Assembly: GCA_951406725.2 (NCBI GenBank)
Contig: OX597814.1
Location: 90,396,001 to 90,460,000 of the forward strand
Reading direction: 5' to 3'
DNA length: 64,000 nt
Source: Octopus vulgaris
Taxonomy: Eukaryota
In this document: positions 13,340 through 26,929 of the stretch, piece by piece
Layout: every line of letters starts with the position of its first letter
Numbering within the stretch: the first letter of the stretch is position 1
Notes under the pieces: model-generated
What the model saw: the letters and a program-made list of their open reading frames with translations, nothing else
The model's database searches: none
What the model was told of the DNA's origin: nothing
Program-made: the position numbers and the translations under genes

Positions 13340-14075
13340 GCAGACGTAAAAGGTGGAAACGTAAAAACACAGGTAGCAGGTACAGCCGCAAAATTCGAAG
13401 AGGGAGGTATTTTCCAATTCATCAACAGAAAATGATCGATAAGTATACGTCCGCTGAAAATTTAAGATCTGGAATTCAGCAGTGAAGCGGAATTTTAAAA
13501 TCTGAAAAGGATCTGAAATCATTCAGTCACGCGTTATACTTTAAACCCTATACGTGGTTAGTTAACTTAGTAGCTTTACTTTTGCACCTGTACCCAAAAG
13601 AGGATAAGTGATTATCATAGCGGTTTTTGAAGTTAGATTTCAAACCCAATACGTAGCTAGCAAACTTAATCGCTTTACATTTGTCCCTGTGCGGGAAGGA
13701 AGATATGTGGTTAGAAGAGCGATTTTTGAAGTCACCTTCACATAACCCTATCCAACATTTCTTTTCGGTTATGTTACCATCTTGCGTGGCTTCATCTTTT
13801 GCCTCATATATGATGGATTTAATCATGCACCCCAGGTTGAATAGACGAGTTCCTGGGTTTTGACAGTTTCAACCAGGGGTAAAATGTTGGTGGGTCGTGT
13901 GCAGGGATGCTCTTCATATTGGGTAAGCAGCTATATGATAATTTAACTGAGCCGCTGTTGAATATTTTTCTGTACTTGTGATTTATAGGAAAATGTTTAT
14001 ATAAGAGGGACAGCAATTATTTACCTTTGTTGGTTTTAACATTTAGGTAAAATGAGAGGGCAAACCAAATTATCA
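13340..14075 (-). mobile_element. Penelope-like element, 3' part (linker and GIY-YIG endonuclease), decayed
   Basis: Reads WF...NVKTN.G..LL.L..KHFP.NHKYRKIFN...VKLSYSCLPNM and C.IKSIIYEAK...WIGLCEGDFKNR..NH.SSF. Confidence 0.85.
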
Positions 14076-14079
14076 TCTA

Positions 14080-14750
14080 TGTAGAGGTATAAAAATCTAT
14101 AATATTGAACTGAGTAAAAATAGCTTGTGATTATTAAACTCAGTGCTGACTGAAATCAAGTTAGCAGCTTAAAAAATACTAAGAAATATTAATATGAAAT
14201 TTAGAGACCACTAGGCTACAATAATGGTATAATAACAATAAAGTAATAGGTTGGTTTAAGAACTTAAAAGGTAAGCATAGAGCTAGATTTACGGAGTTCA
14301 ATATTACAGATTTTTATCCTCTATAACGAGGTCGCTGTTCTATAAGGCGATTGATTTTACCAAATCATATGTTAATAAAGATCGTATAAAAACCAGAATA
14401 TTTCATGCATGCGAGAGAAATACCCCTATTTAGGAAGAGCTCAGCTTGTGTTAGAAAAATCCGACACTGATGAATTGTGCAATGTATCGATGGGGCCATA
14501 TGACAAAACTAACATCTGCGAGCTTGTAGGTCTCTTTATTTAAACACATTGAAATACAAGTTTCTATCCCACGACGTTGGACTATACCGAGATGTCGGAT
14601 TGGGTATTTCTCATTGCTGTGATGTTCAGATACTAGATAAATTTAGAAACATCTCACCAACACCTTTAGTCAATTAGGCTTTTTAAGATCACAGTCACTC
14701 CTAATCTGTTAAACGGTGAATTTTTAGATGTTTCTCAAGATGTAAATTCT
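14080..14750 (+). mobile_element. Penelope-like element, inverted RT part, decayed
   Basis: Across frameshifts it reads VIGWFKNLK.K....F.EFNITDFYP, VSMGPYD...ICELVGLF, LYRDVGLG and EFLDV. Confidence 0.8.
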
Positions 14751-15057
14751 GGTCATGGATCAGTCTGACTTCAATTCATTCACCGTAATTTTTCTAATAC
14801 TTTGACTATGATACTTTCAAATGTAAGCTGTATCTCTTTTTGAAAATATACAGATTTATATCAATGTGGGAAGTTAAAACTGTGGTTATATAATATATTT
14901 CAGTAATTGAACTCCTTTTTCGGCAAGAAGAGACCGGTCTGAACAGATTATGACATTTATGCAAATTAGGAAAACCAATTTGGTCTTATCCATGGTTCAG
15001 CATCATTATCTTTTATATTTTAAACTCCAGTTCTACTGGGACAACGCCATGAAGATA

Positions 15058-15934
15058 CAAGCTGGTATCAAGAAGTTCCCAGACTAGTTATGCTTAACAC
15101 AAAATGACTTATTTACCTAAGTATTTACATCATCTCCTTTGAAATACTCACTTTGAGTAGCAATACACCGGTCCCAGCATTCCTGCCACTTTTGAAATCC
15201 GTCCTGGAAGTCGTTTTCCGATTTGAGGACCTTCTCCGACTCGCTCTGGGTCTCGACAATGGTATTAAAACCGTTGCCTTTGGGCTGCATTTTCATCTTG
15301 GGGAAGAGATGGAAGTTTGCAGATGCTAAATCAGTCAAATAGGGCAGATGCGAAAACGATGCCATATTGTTTTGGGCGAGAAACTCACGAATGAGAAGAG
15401 CTTGGTGACAAGCTGCATTGTCGTCTTGAATGCTTCACGCTTCAGAGATCCAGTCGATTTCACCGTATGTCTTCCCTCAAATGCTTCAAAACGTTATTGA
15501 TTGTCCTCCGACGATTTCTCCACATTTCCGGGAGTGAAGCACGTGACAGACCTTCCAGACCGTTCATAATCTTCCAGGAAAGTCCTTCTGCTTTTGGAGC
15601 GCCCGTGTCAGTTAAAACATTGAATACAATCCATTGCCTGTCGCCATAAGCTTGCGGACGTATGCTCAATGTCTCTGTAGCAGACTTCCCAAGTTTAACG
15701 CAAAATTTCGCGTTGGTTTTTCCGTTTATTTTTGTTTCAAATTCCTGTCCATGAAAAAAGATCGCAGACAACGGCATACAAGTGATCACAAAAACACAAA
15801 TTTCACAACTGAAGAAGTAAAAAGAGCGATGTCATTCAGCACACTACTTCATGAAGGTTATTGCTAGCTCTCACTGCGCACACTTCTGTTGGCGCACTAT
15901 AGAACTCGTTCGTTAACGTTTTGATACCACTTCG
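15058..15934 (-). mobile_element. Mariner DNA transposon, internally deleted, with degenerate TIRs and TA flanks
   Basis: Reads KFCVKLGKSATETL...AYGD and HLPYLTDLASANFHLFPKMK (YSPDLAP-like). The ends are TA|CAAGCTGGTATCAAGAAGTT and AACGTTTTGATACCACTTCG|TA. Confidence 0.9.
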
Positions 15935-17082
15935 TATCTAGTCGAACGATACAATCCTAGTATTTTTTAAAGACCTGGTACTTACTCTATCGAACTCTTG
16001 TTCGCCAAAGCTAAGTTGTTTAAGCTTTGGTGGACAAATAAACTCGAAGACACACACACACACACAAACACACACACAAACACACACCAAACACACACGT
16101 ACACATATACACACACATACACGCCTACAAATGCACACAATATTACGGTCTTCTTTCACTTTCTCTTTACGGAATCAACTTATGAGTCTTTGGGCGGCCC
16201 GACATTTTAATTAGATCTGTACTACTACTTCCTTTTTTCGGTGAAAGTTGTGTTTTCTTTGTGCTATAAATTCGTAAATCGAACAGAATATAATTATATT
16301 CACCATTTTTTTGTTGTATGTAAATAAAAGCCTATATTATAAAGTCGCTGTATACTTTTCAAAGAAAGCTTAAACGGTATGATTTTTAAATGACATACCT
16401 TATATTGCAATGTATCCAAAGATACACTGGGTAATGTAATATATACTAATTAATCCGTCGGTACTTTCAAAGTTACACACGTTAAAGAAAAATAATTACC
16501 TCTCTGCGAGGCTAAGTACATTGCAAATACCTGTATGCTACAAATCTTTCTTTTCACAAATGATTTATCATGTTTCGCCGCATAAACTCCAACGAAATTC
16601 GAGAAAAGTGAGACTAATACAATTTTCTCTATGGCAACATAAAAAAGTAGTATAACGAGATTGTTTACTTCTCAGGTCATAAAGCAGTAAGTATATTAAT
16701 TATAAAATTTCGAATTATTCTAAACAACTAAGCATGTATCTAGATTGAGAGAAAGCATCTTACATGATATTGCATAAAAATGTAATATATTATATCTAAG
16801 CTATTTGTTTTGCTTTTTTTTTCTTTCAGTTGTTTCAATCATTGGCTACGGCCATGCTGGAGTAGCGCTTTGAAAATCTTTGAACTGAATTGTCTTCAAT
16901 TCAAAATAACGATAAAAATTCTAAAATCGGAGAATTTTAAGAAACCAGTTTGGTATTCTGTTAAGGACAGTTAAGTAGACGGAAGCGGATAGTGTATAGA
17001 TGTAACGATAAATGTATATGCGTGTCAGGATGTGAGTATATTTGAGGGGTGGGTGTATTGTATGCGTATACATATATGTGTG

Positions 17083-17146
<64 letters not shown>

Positions 17147-17514
17147 TATGTGTGTGTATGTACGAACGTATATAGGTGTGTATGAAGGTATGAGTGTCTC
17201 GCTTAAATATTTTAAATCATCCATTAAATATTATACAAAATATATATTACAGTTCGTTATATATTAGTAGAACATATCTTCCCTTGAAAATTGGCTTGAT
17301 TTTATTTGTCTCTTTTCACATCACTGCATAAATACGAAGTTTACAAATAATCAATACAATACCAATATATCACTAACAGAAGCAGAATACTCACTGTTAT
17401 GGCGCTCACATATCTTCAGTCATATTGAAATACTGAATCTGTTTATTTGAATTTGATTGAAATATAAGTCAAAACGTGTAAGGATGCTGCTGCTCAGAGT
17501 GTCTCGGTTAGTTT

Positions 17515-17722
17515 CACATTTTGGCACAAGGCCATGAATTTCGGCGAGGGGTTAAGTCGATTACATTGACCTCAGTGCTCGGCTGCTACTTATTTTATCG
17601 ACCCCGACATGATGAAAGGCAAAGTCGACCCCAGAAGAATTTGAACTCAAATCGTAAAGATGGACAAAGAGTCGCTAAGCAGTCTGTCCGACGTGGTAAC
17701 TGTCTTGCTAACACACCGCTTA
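17515..17722 (-). mobile_element. Nin-domain tRNA-derived SINE
   Basis: TAAGTCGATTACATTGACC...TTTTATCGACCCCG..ATGAAAGGCAAAGTCGACC...ATTTGAACTCA matches the 45924 copy. Confidence 0.85.
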
Positions 17723-19229
17723 TAATGCGTTAAAATATTAATGTCATTGTCCTCTAAGAGCCAATAGTTACATTCGCAGATCATCCTCCATTTTGCATTG
17801 ATTTTTCATTTCTATTTTATTTGTATGAGTTTTTTCGTGGATTAAAATTGTAGCGTATAAAAAGGGACACGAAATCTGTTATATTTTGTGATAGTAGTTG
17901 CTAAAGCATAATGTCATTATACCCTAAAACAACAACCTGAAGACATAGCAAATGTTGCATTATCAGATATGTCAAGGTATTTTAACATGATCTTATAGGA
18001 AATGGAAAATATTTAGGTTAACCCTTGAGACAGAATTGCAATGAAACGTCACAGATTGCTTACACGTCAACTACATCGTTTTTTGTTACGCATGTGAATG
18101 TATTGAAAGGTAAAACATAAACAACAAAAAAATCGAGATCTTTTTTAGATTGCTCGGAAGTCAATTGAAATTCCAAATGAAATTCAATACCACTTATTCA
18201 ACATGATATAATCTTCGGATATATTTTAAAATCGTTCGACTTTTCGGCAATCAAGCATGTAGAGATATTGGAAAACGTGATGTGTCTTGTGTTCGTGCAT
18301 GTTTATATTTGCATTTAACTATAGAGACGTCAAAAATTAAGAGACATCTTCAAAACGTACATTTCCGGATGCGAATGAACACGTTAAATTGATAGAATGA
18401 AATCAGTTTGTTTACAGACACTGTAGCTATTGTAATAGGAGTAGTCATTGAAATTTTATAATAATGAGATTCTAAGGTGTGTATACAATATATTTATTGC
18501 TGTCTCAGCCCCTACCTTAAATAAACTGTTTACAATATTCACTTCACATTAAATACAATTTTATACGTATACATACGTACGTACATACATAATACATACA
18601 CGCACACATATCTACACTCACATACGCACGCAAACGCAGATATACATAAAGATCCCTGCATACGAAGACGCACACTTAAAGCTATATATGTGTGCGTGTG
18701 TGCGTACTATATATATCTATATATATATATACAGACACACAGACACACATACACACATATATATGCTTATGAAATATAAGAGAAAGAAAATAGAATTCAC
18801 AACATACTTTATTATTCACCATGATCATTTCGGCCCATCGTGTCCCACTGCCTCGCCGGTGAGATGCTGTGATGCATCATAGCTGCAGATGTCATCTTAG
18901 ATGGCGTGTCATAATGTACCTGTTTTCAATCTCCGTTTCACTTATTCCGATTACATTTTGATTACATTTCGATTACATTCACTTATTTCGAGTACATTTT
19001 GGTAGTTGTAGCTCGGTATCAAGATTCTCTTGTAGATAAATAGTGAATAACTTGAATTAGGACTTTTTGCTAAATTAAATGTTACTAGCGTTAAGAAATT
19101 TTGGCGAAAATTGTGGATCACACTATGGAAAGGAACATAAAACTTTGCTGACGACAATCTGAAGTACATTTCAGTAAAGAAGGTTACATTTTTTCCTTTG
19201 GTTTACAACATAAGAGACAGGCAAAGAGA

Positions 19230-21310
19230 TGTCAAATAGTAGAAACGTCCTCACCTAAAATCGAAATTTTGAAAATATCCAGAAATCTTCGTCGACATAG
19301 ACAAGACCGGCAAACTATATATCAATTCCGGGTGTGTACCTCTGGATACATACCGGGAATTGATCCTTAAGCAACTGCACAAGGACTGCCAGATTGTACC
19401 AGACGCTGTCCTGGGGGATATCAACCTCAAGATTCGTGACCACGTATTTACACTTAGTTCAGAAGATACAACTGAACTTTCCATACCTCGCCACCTCATA
19501 TTAACATAAATGACTATAAGGAAACTTTTACTGCGAACCCTTCCATTCACCTCATCTGCCTCACAAGCTCTGATATAGGTAAGATTAGCAAAGTTATATT
19601 AGATAGTGTTCTACCATAATTCCATGCTAAGATTACACCTATGGACTAACACTATCGAGGCCATCCAATGGTTTAAATCCTTAAGCCTCAAACATATATA
19701 TAAATGAATTCAGGTAGATATAGACAAGTATTATTCCGGCGTATTTTCCTATCATTCTTAACAAAGTTCCCATATTTGCAATGAAACATTCGAACATTAC
19801 TCGAGATGATATTGATATTATCCTGGCAGCCTGTTATAACTGCTGTTATAAAATTCGATGGAAAATACTGGGCCCGTAAAAGGCAAACTTGACTATTTCG
19901 ACATCAAGTGAGGGCGAGGAAGTCGGCTCAAGTTGCCGATCTTGTTGGTTCTTATCTGCTCCATGTTTTCCGGGACCAATTCTCTACTATTTCTGGTGGT
20001 CTATATAGGGACGATGCTCCATTTGCAATCCAGAACTCTAGTAACCGCTAAATAGAACAACTTAAGAAAAGATTCAGATAATTTTTTTTAACATGGGCCT
20101 TAGTGTCTCTTTCAGTTACAGTATTAAAAAAGCTAATTTCCTATATGTCACTCTAGATTCATAAAGCAACACATTCTACCCGTCCCATAAACACGGTGAG
20201 AACACTAGTTAGTTTAACTTTTCCTATAATCATCACCTCGCCCATATGTCCTAAAATTCAACGTGGACAGCGTATCTTTCAGGATCTCATCCCTATCTGC
20301 CATTAAAGAAATATTCGAATACGCTGAATATTATGACTAAGCCGTAGACGCGCGTGGCATACGAATCCAATCGAATACATCCCTATCCAGAGAAATCCTC
20401 TTTCACTAAACCCGGCACCACGGATTCATCTGCTCCTTTAGATAAAACACAAAGTATCCCCCATATTCCAATGTCCTCCTGTACCTCTAAATTTTACCGT
20501 AGTAGCAAACCTAATAGGTACTCCTCCCACTCTGTCATCCTGGATCCGAAATTCGCCGAAATCCACACCAGCGAGCAGCTCCATACCCCAAGTTATACTC
20601 GGGTGACCCACTAAACCAGAATGAACGGGCCAGGACACGCGACGTTTCCTGGGTCCACCCCTTTGCCCTTAGTGTTTAGACCAGAGTATCCAAGCTCTTC
20701 TTTTCCCTACTTGAGATATATTTCTGCAAGTCCAGTTCTTTTAGAAAAATGTTCAAACTCCAATCCACTAAATTTTCCTACTGCTCCACAACTAACTTTG
20801 TCGGCATAAGCCAACGTCAGAACAATTAGAAACTTGGGAACCGGCAATTAGTTAACTGTAATCTCAGTAATAAAACTCACCTTTACCTCCAACCCCACAC
20901 CAATAACCCTAGAACATCCTTAAACCTCCTTACTACCACTCGGTGGTTTGCACTCATTTTCGATCAAATCTTCTGCCAGTTAACTTAGGATACTTTGACG
21001 ACAATGTGACCTTCATTTAAGTAAGGTAACTTGGGCTTGATAAGTAGCTAGTGGAGTATCCCTCGTTGAGCAGTACTGCTAACTAGAAAACATGTGTAAC
21101 TTGGATTTTTACCTGCTCCATTCCCTCAATTTTTGAGTTTTATTAGCATAGATACTAACCATGAACTATAAAACTTATTTTCAATTCATCGATCTTCGAT
21201 ATGGGAAGAATTTACAACCATCTACGTCAATAAACCACTACTGTTCTTGAAAGTTGTTTTGTATCCATTATGCACACTGCTCGAAGCTTACTAACTCCCT
21301 AAACCTGGGC
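19230..21310 (+). mobile_element. Penelope-like element remnant (RT and linker), same type as 13340-14750
   Basis: Reads DKTGKLY, SDIGKISKVILD, WTNTIEAIQWFKSL, IQVDIDKYY, SAQVADLVGSYLL, GGLYRDDA and KANFLYVTLD, with many stops. The 3' boundary is approximate. Confidence 0.85.
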
Positions 21311-21334
21311 CCTTGGATCTCACTTTTACAAATC

Positions 21335-21383
<49 letters not shown>

Positions 21384-21385
<2 letters not shown>

Positions 21386-21555
21386 CGGGAAGCTTTATGA
21401 AAATAAACAAAAGACGAAGGCAGGTGGAAAACAAACGAACAATTGTATTAGTATGGCGCTCAGGAAATATAAATAAAACAAGTCTTTAACGTTTCGAGCC
21501 TACGCTCTTCAACAGAAAGATACACAGAGAGAGAAAAACACAGAAAGAAGGATAT
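21384..21555 (-). mobile_element. Short non-autonomous pLTR-like unit between TA tracts, with minimal hammerhead at 21483-21520
   Basis: The minus strand reads TCTTT-CTGTTGA-A-GAGC-GTAG-GCTC-GAAA-CG-TT-AAAGA. It is homologous to 25375-25560 and 30280-30462. Confidence 0.75.
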
Positions 21556-21594
21556 ATACACATGTGTGTGTGTGCGCGGGCGGGCGTGTGTGTA

Positions 21595-21950
21595 GAGGCG
21601 CAATGCCCCAGTGGTTAGGGAAACGGACTCGCAGTCATAGGATCGCGGTTTCGATTCCCAGATCGAGCCTTGTGTTTATTGAGCGAAAACACTTAAAGTT
21701 CCAAGAAGGTCCGGCAGGGGTTAGTGGTGACCTCTTCTGTACTCTTTCACCTCAACTTTCTCTCACTCTTTCTTCCTGTTTCTGCTGTACCTGTATTTCA
21801 AAAGGCCAGCCTTGTCAGACACTGTGTCTCGCCTGTATCTCCCGGAGAACTATATTAAGGGTACACGTTTCTGTAGAATGCTCAGCCACTTTCACGTTAA
21901 TTTCACGAGCAGGCTGTTCCTTTGAATGCATCGTAACCGACGGGGTGCCA
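21595..21950 (+). mobile_element. tRNA-derived SINE, third family, apparently complete
   Basis: The head GAGGCGCAATGCCCCAGTGGTTAGG...GGTTTCGATTCCC has A and B boxes. A fragment of the same body recurs at about 35362-35424. Confidence 0.8.
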
Positions 21951-21952
21951 TA

Positions 21953-22084
<132 letters not shown>

Positions 22085-22121
22085 CTATCTGTCTACGCCT
22101 ATATGTATGTATGTATGTATG

Positions 22122-22480
22122 GACTCTCTGGCATTTGATGCATGAAAGCCGAAGAATTTTACTTTCTCCCGCTTCTCTCTTACTTTTCTGGGATGACCTT
22201 GATAAGAAGTGGAGTAAGCAAATACCTTGGACAACTCAAACCGTGATTTGCATAAAGAATCAACGGCTTGTGTGGGACCATTCACATTTTCTGTACTGCT
22301 GTTAGCAACCGTTGGTGCAAGTGTGCTACGAGACTAATGAAGGATCTTGTTTTTCATCCCATAGGGTGTCCAATAAATACCTTCCTCACCAAAAATCTTG
22401 GTGGAGTTGCCTGTTTATTCACTGATGGTCTAACTGTGCGATAAGTTGTATTGGGTCAGGACTAGTGGACGACCTGACAT
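22122..22480 (-). mobile_element. Possible RTE-type LINE 3' fragment, highly decayed
   Basis: The minus strand gives RLLTAVQ..W..H-like and KVRE.R...F.G-like stretches. The similarity is weak. Confidence 0.35.
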
Positions 22481-24481
22481 TATATATGTGTATGTGTGTG
22501 TGTGTGTTTGTGTTTGTGTGTGTGTTTGTGTTTTTGTGTGTGTGTGTTTGTGTTTGTGTGTGTGTGTGAGCGTATTTTCAGTATGCCCAATTATTTTCAA
22601 AAGGAAATGATTTCGTCCACCCTTTTTTCAGTTATAACAGTAAAACGTGAAAATGTTGATATAATGATTTAATCAATGATCATTTTTAATTGTTCATGAT
22701 TACCGGTTTAAATAGAAAAGTTTCTAAAAAGAAAATTCCAGAGTTATTTCTTTTTTTGTTGTTTGGTAAATCATTAATTTTTGTTTGTAATTAAACTATA
22801 AATTCTAATTATATATATATCAGAAACAGATTGCATTATAAGTCTAGCGAACAAAACTATTGCAATAATATCAATAAATCCATACCATATCAATGACTCT
22901 CGTAAGACCATATTTCATACTAAGCTAAATAATAGAAGCCTTCTAATATTTTGGTGCGACCAAATATAGTGCCTATCATTTATCAGCAGATATTAATGGA
23001 GACATATTGTATTTTGATGGATTGTGCCCACGAGGAGTTTATATGCTCTCAGCAAGCGAATGATGTGCTGAATTTCTTTTAAAACCAGCTGGAACAGCAA
23101 TATTTTCTCGACAATAAAATGATACATTCAATTGGCATTGAAGTACAAGAAGAAATAATTGATATTTTAGAAGGAAATATAGGCCTATTATAGTCACTTA
23201 GAAAATTAAATATTATTTTCGTTTTAGACTCAACGATGAATTATCATCTGTACTCATATAAATATTAAAAGAAGACACATGCGTATCTTACTCCATAGTT
23301 TATTGATTGTGATTTTATAAACTACGTTAGTGGACAAATAAAAAATATATCGACTATCTCCCAATTATTGCCTGGGACTTTCGTTCCCTATTGTCTGCAA
23401 AATGTAATTAGCCTATTTGCTTCCATTTTTTTGTTCGGAAACAATGCTCAATTATACGTTCTAAGATTTTATACCGTGTTTGTATATTGATATCCTGCAT
23501 ATATATCAAGCATAAAAGTGCTACATTGATTATTTCCACAATACGTTTCTTGTATAATTAACCAATTTGTGTGCTGCTAAAATCTGGTGTTAATCGTCCA
23601 AAGGCAAAGATCAATTACTCGAGTTAGTTGTGGTTCTAATTAACTTAAACTCTTCAGCGTCTTTGAATTAATGTAATTTAAATAGCAAATAATACAGACA
23701 GAGCGTTTTAGCTTACCGTGTCAATTTCGTTAATGATAACTAAAAGTTGAATAATGCAGAAAATTATAAAATAAATGAATATATAACAAGAAAGTTTAAT
23801 TATATGCAAATATAATAAAGGGTATTAATAATATGGCTTTCTTTCACGGCTATAAATTTTTATTGACATTGCAGAAAAACAGTAAGTTTTAAAAATCAAT
23901 ATGTTCAGTGCATGATTAAAAGGAACACGTAATATCGATTATCTAATAACATTTCAACCCTGTCGGCAGGAATAAAGTGAGCAAACACGTTTTGGTGGCT
24001 TAATAATATATCCTTATTGTAAATAGTGTTGTCCAACGCTAAATATAATATAACAGTTAGCCCTTACGCAGCCATCTGGCAATGGTTGCATACAATTATT
24101 ATTTATCTGCCTCAGAATATTTGACGCCTTCGTCAGTAGGTCTGGAAAGAAACAGAAAACAATATATATCATTTATATTTGTGTAAACTGGCTCACTGTA
24201 GTGGTTCATGATTTACTTAACACTCTAGATGAAGTAAAATTTTGAATGAAGATTATGTGGCAAGAAAACAGATAAATATTTTTCATTAGCGTGTACAATC
24301 AAGATTTCTATCTGTAAATAATTAACTGAGAGCAGAACGATCATACATTTCACTGACTCCTCCTTAATTGATTCAACAAAGGAATAATGTGCCGTAAAAG
24401 TCGTTTCTTTTATTAATACTGTCTGCATATTTCTCTATTTCTGTCTCTCTCTCACACTCAAACACACACACTCACTCACTA

Positions 24482-24560
<79 letters not shown>

Positions 24561-24962
24561 GGCTGTGTGGTATGTAGCTTGCTTATAAACTACATGGTTC
24601 CGGGTTCAGTCCCACTGCGTGGCATCTTGGGCAAATGTCTTCTACTATAGCCTCGGGCCGACCAAAGCCTTGTGAGTGGATTTGGTAGACGGAAACTGAA
24701 AGAAGCCTGTCGTATGTATGTATATATATATATGTATGTTTGTGTGTCTGTGTTTGTGCCCCTAGCATTGCTTGAAAACCGATGCTGGTGTGTTTACGTC
24801 CCCGTCACTTAGCGGTTCGGCCAAAAGAGACCGATAGAATAAGTACTGGGCTTACAAAGAATAAGTCCCGGGGTCGATTTGCTCGACTAACGGCGGTGCT
24901 CCAGCATGGCCGCAGTCAAATGACTGAAACAAGTAAAAGTAAAAAAGTAAAGTAAAAGTAAG
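24561..24962 (+). mobile_element. Major tRNA-derived SINE, near complete, inserted in an (ATCT)n tract
   Basis: Head GGCTGTGTGGTA...GGTTCCGGGTTCAGTCCC; body CTTGGGCAAATGTCTTCTACTATAGCC; internal TA/TG tract; tail GGCGGTGCTCCAGCATGGCCGCAGTCAAATGACTGAAACAAG(TAAAAG)n. (ATCT)n lies on both sides. Confidence 0.92.
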
Positions 24963-24964
24963 TA

Positions 24965-25034
<70 letters not shown>

Positions 25035-25330
25035 GTGTGTGTGCGTGCGTATCTCTCTGTGTGTACACACACAAACACATCTTTTATTTTTTTCCTTGTT
25101 TCAGTCTTATGCCATCGTGAGGCACGCATGGAAAAAAAATTTAATCGAATGTGTCGAGCCCAGCACTTTTTTAAGGCTGATACCAATTCCAATGATTATC
25201 TTTGTCGAAATGCTAAGTTACAAGAATGTAAACACAGATAGAGGGATACACATGCGCGTGCACACACATACAGACACAAAGACACAGACATACACACAAA
25301 GCTATATATATATACACATATATACATAAA

Positions 25331-25374
<44 letters not shown>

Positions 25375-25376
<2 letters not shown>

Positions 25377-25560
25377 GGGAGAGTTCACAAAAAAACAAAA
25401 GACGAAGACAGGTGGTGTACAAAAGAAACAAATGTATTAGTATAACGCTCAGGAATTGAAAAAATCTTTTACGTTTCGAGCCTACGTTCTCCTCAGAAAG
25501 GGACACAAAAGAAAACAAGGAGAGAAAAAAGAATGTGTGTAGTGGCTACCGATCTATCAT
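25375..25560 (-). mobile_element. Short pLTR-like unit between TA tracts, with minimal hammerhead at 25466-25500
   Basis: The minus strand reads CTTT-CTGAGGA-GAAC-GTAG-GCTC-GAAA-CG-TA-AAAG. It shares AAACAAAAGACGAAG.CAGGTGG and CGCTCAGGAA with the 21384 copy. Confidence 0.75.
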
Positions 25561-25822
25561 GTCATATATATATCACCGTTACCGACCAGGCTACAGAACT
25601 TTAAATTTTCTAAAGGTTAGTTGCCCGTTTTCAGTTTCAATTTTCCTGTAACAAGCGGATTATAAGTGGATAAAACAGTGTATTTGGCTTTAGAATAACC
25701 CTCTTTAGCCCTTAATTATATGATGTATATTGCAACCGTAACGGTTTTTTTAAATATACTGCCCACGCTTCCTGATGAATTCCTTTGCTGTAGAGTAAGG
25801 GACTTCATCCTATATTGCTTAG

Positions 25823-25853
<31 letters not shown>

Positions 25854-25887
25854 TATTATTATTATATGTAGAAAAATATAAACTGGG

Positions 25888-25988
25888 GCAAGGACGTAAA
25901 ACATTTAGAAGACGATACAAAAAACACGGACGGGACATTCGAAGCCTTCAATCTTCAGTCAAGAACCGGGTCATCGTAGCAATTTCTG

Positions 25989-26041
<53 letters not shown>

Positions 26042-26086
26042 CGTCCGTGTTTTTTGTATCGTCTTCTAAATGTTTTACGTTCTTGC
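25888..26086. repeat. 51-bp inverted repeat (25888-25938 / 26036-26086) enclosing a hammerhead-like remnant and a (TA)n tract
   Basis: GCAAGGACGTAAAACATTTAGAAGACGATACAAAAAACACGGACGGGACAT and its reverse complement, with one mismatch. Confidence 0.92.
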
Positions 26087-26642
26087 ACACTTATATGAAT
26101 GCATATGTCTATGTATTTCAGAGAAGGCATCTCAGCGTGTTGATACCAGTTTGTAGCTCATCAAAAATAATTACTTTATTCGTTGGTCAAGAAGTGCATT
26201 TAACGTAAAGGAATTTATGAAAAATAGTATAAATAACAGGCAATATTTTTGCATATTTTGTATCAGTAAATTTGTTTATTTCACAGATCAACGAACTACA
26301 TTACGAAGACAATATATCTGCATCTAACTTTGATAACAAATTTATGTCATACTTAGTGTCATATAATTATATGCACAAATACTTATATGTACACATACAA
26401 ACGTCTTTGCTTGTAGCTATTTGTAATTAAATTTAGATTAAACATACTAATATCTCATGTCCTTCAATGATGCATCAACTCGCCCTAAATTCATAAACTA
26501 TACATCATCTTCTAAATCAGTCTTTACTGATGCATATCATCATCTCACTACTGCAAAATTGATGCAACTTCCGTCCAGTCTTCCGTTCAGGTTTGAGTTG
26601 CTTCAAATAGAAACCAAATCTGTCTCAAATTGCACAAAACTT

Positions 26643-26828
26643 GGTGCCGATTTAGGATAAATGAGTCCCTGTGCTAGTTTAGTTACGAGGTCCCTCACTT
26701 GAACAGTTAGGCATACATGCTCAGGAAATTTATCGTAAAAAATTGTGCGGGGTGGGGAGATACCCCTCGGCCTCGTCAAGGAGGCCCTATGTTAGGCACA
26801 CATAAGCACAATGGTAAATCCGGCACTG
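26643..26828. mobile_element. Possible small MITE with short TIRs
   Basis: GGTGCCGATTTAGG ... TAAATCCGGCACTG, with a GC-rich interior. A similar CACTGCCGGATTAA lies near 62981. Confidence 0.4.
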
Positions 26829-26929
26829 ACAATACTGCTATAAAATTGGAATGGATATCATACATGATTGTGGTCTGCTGTCGCTATACATAAAACGAAT
26901 AGCCAGAATGGTTACAGTAGGAATTACCT

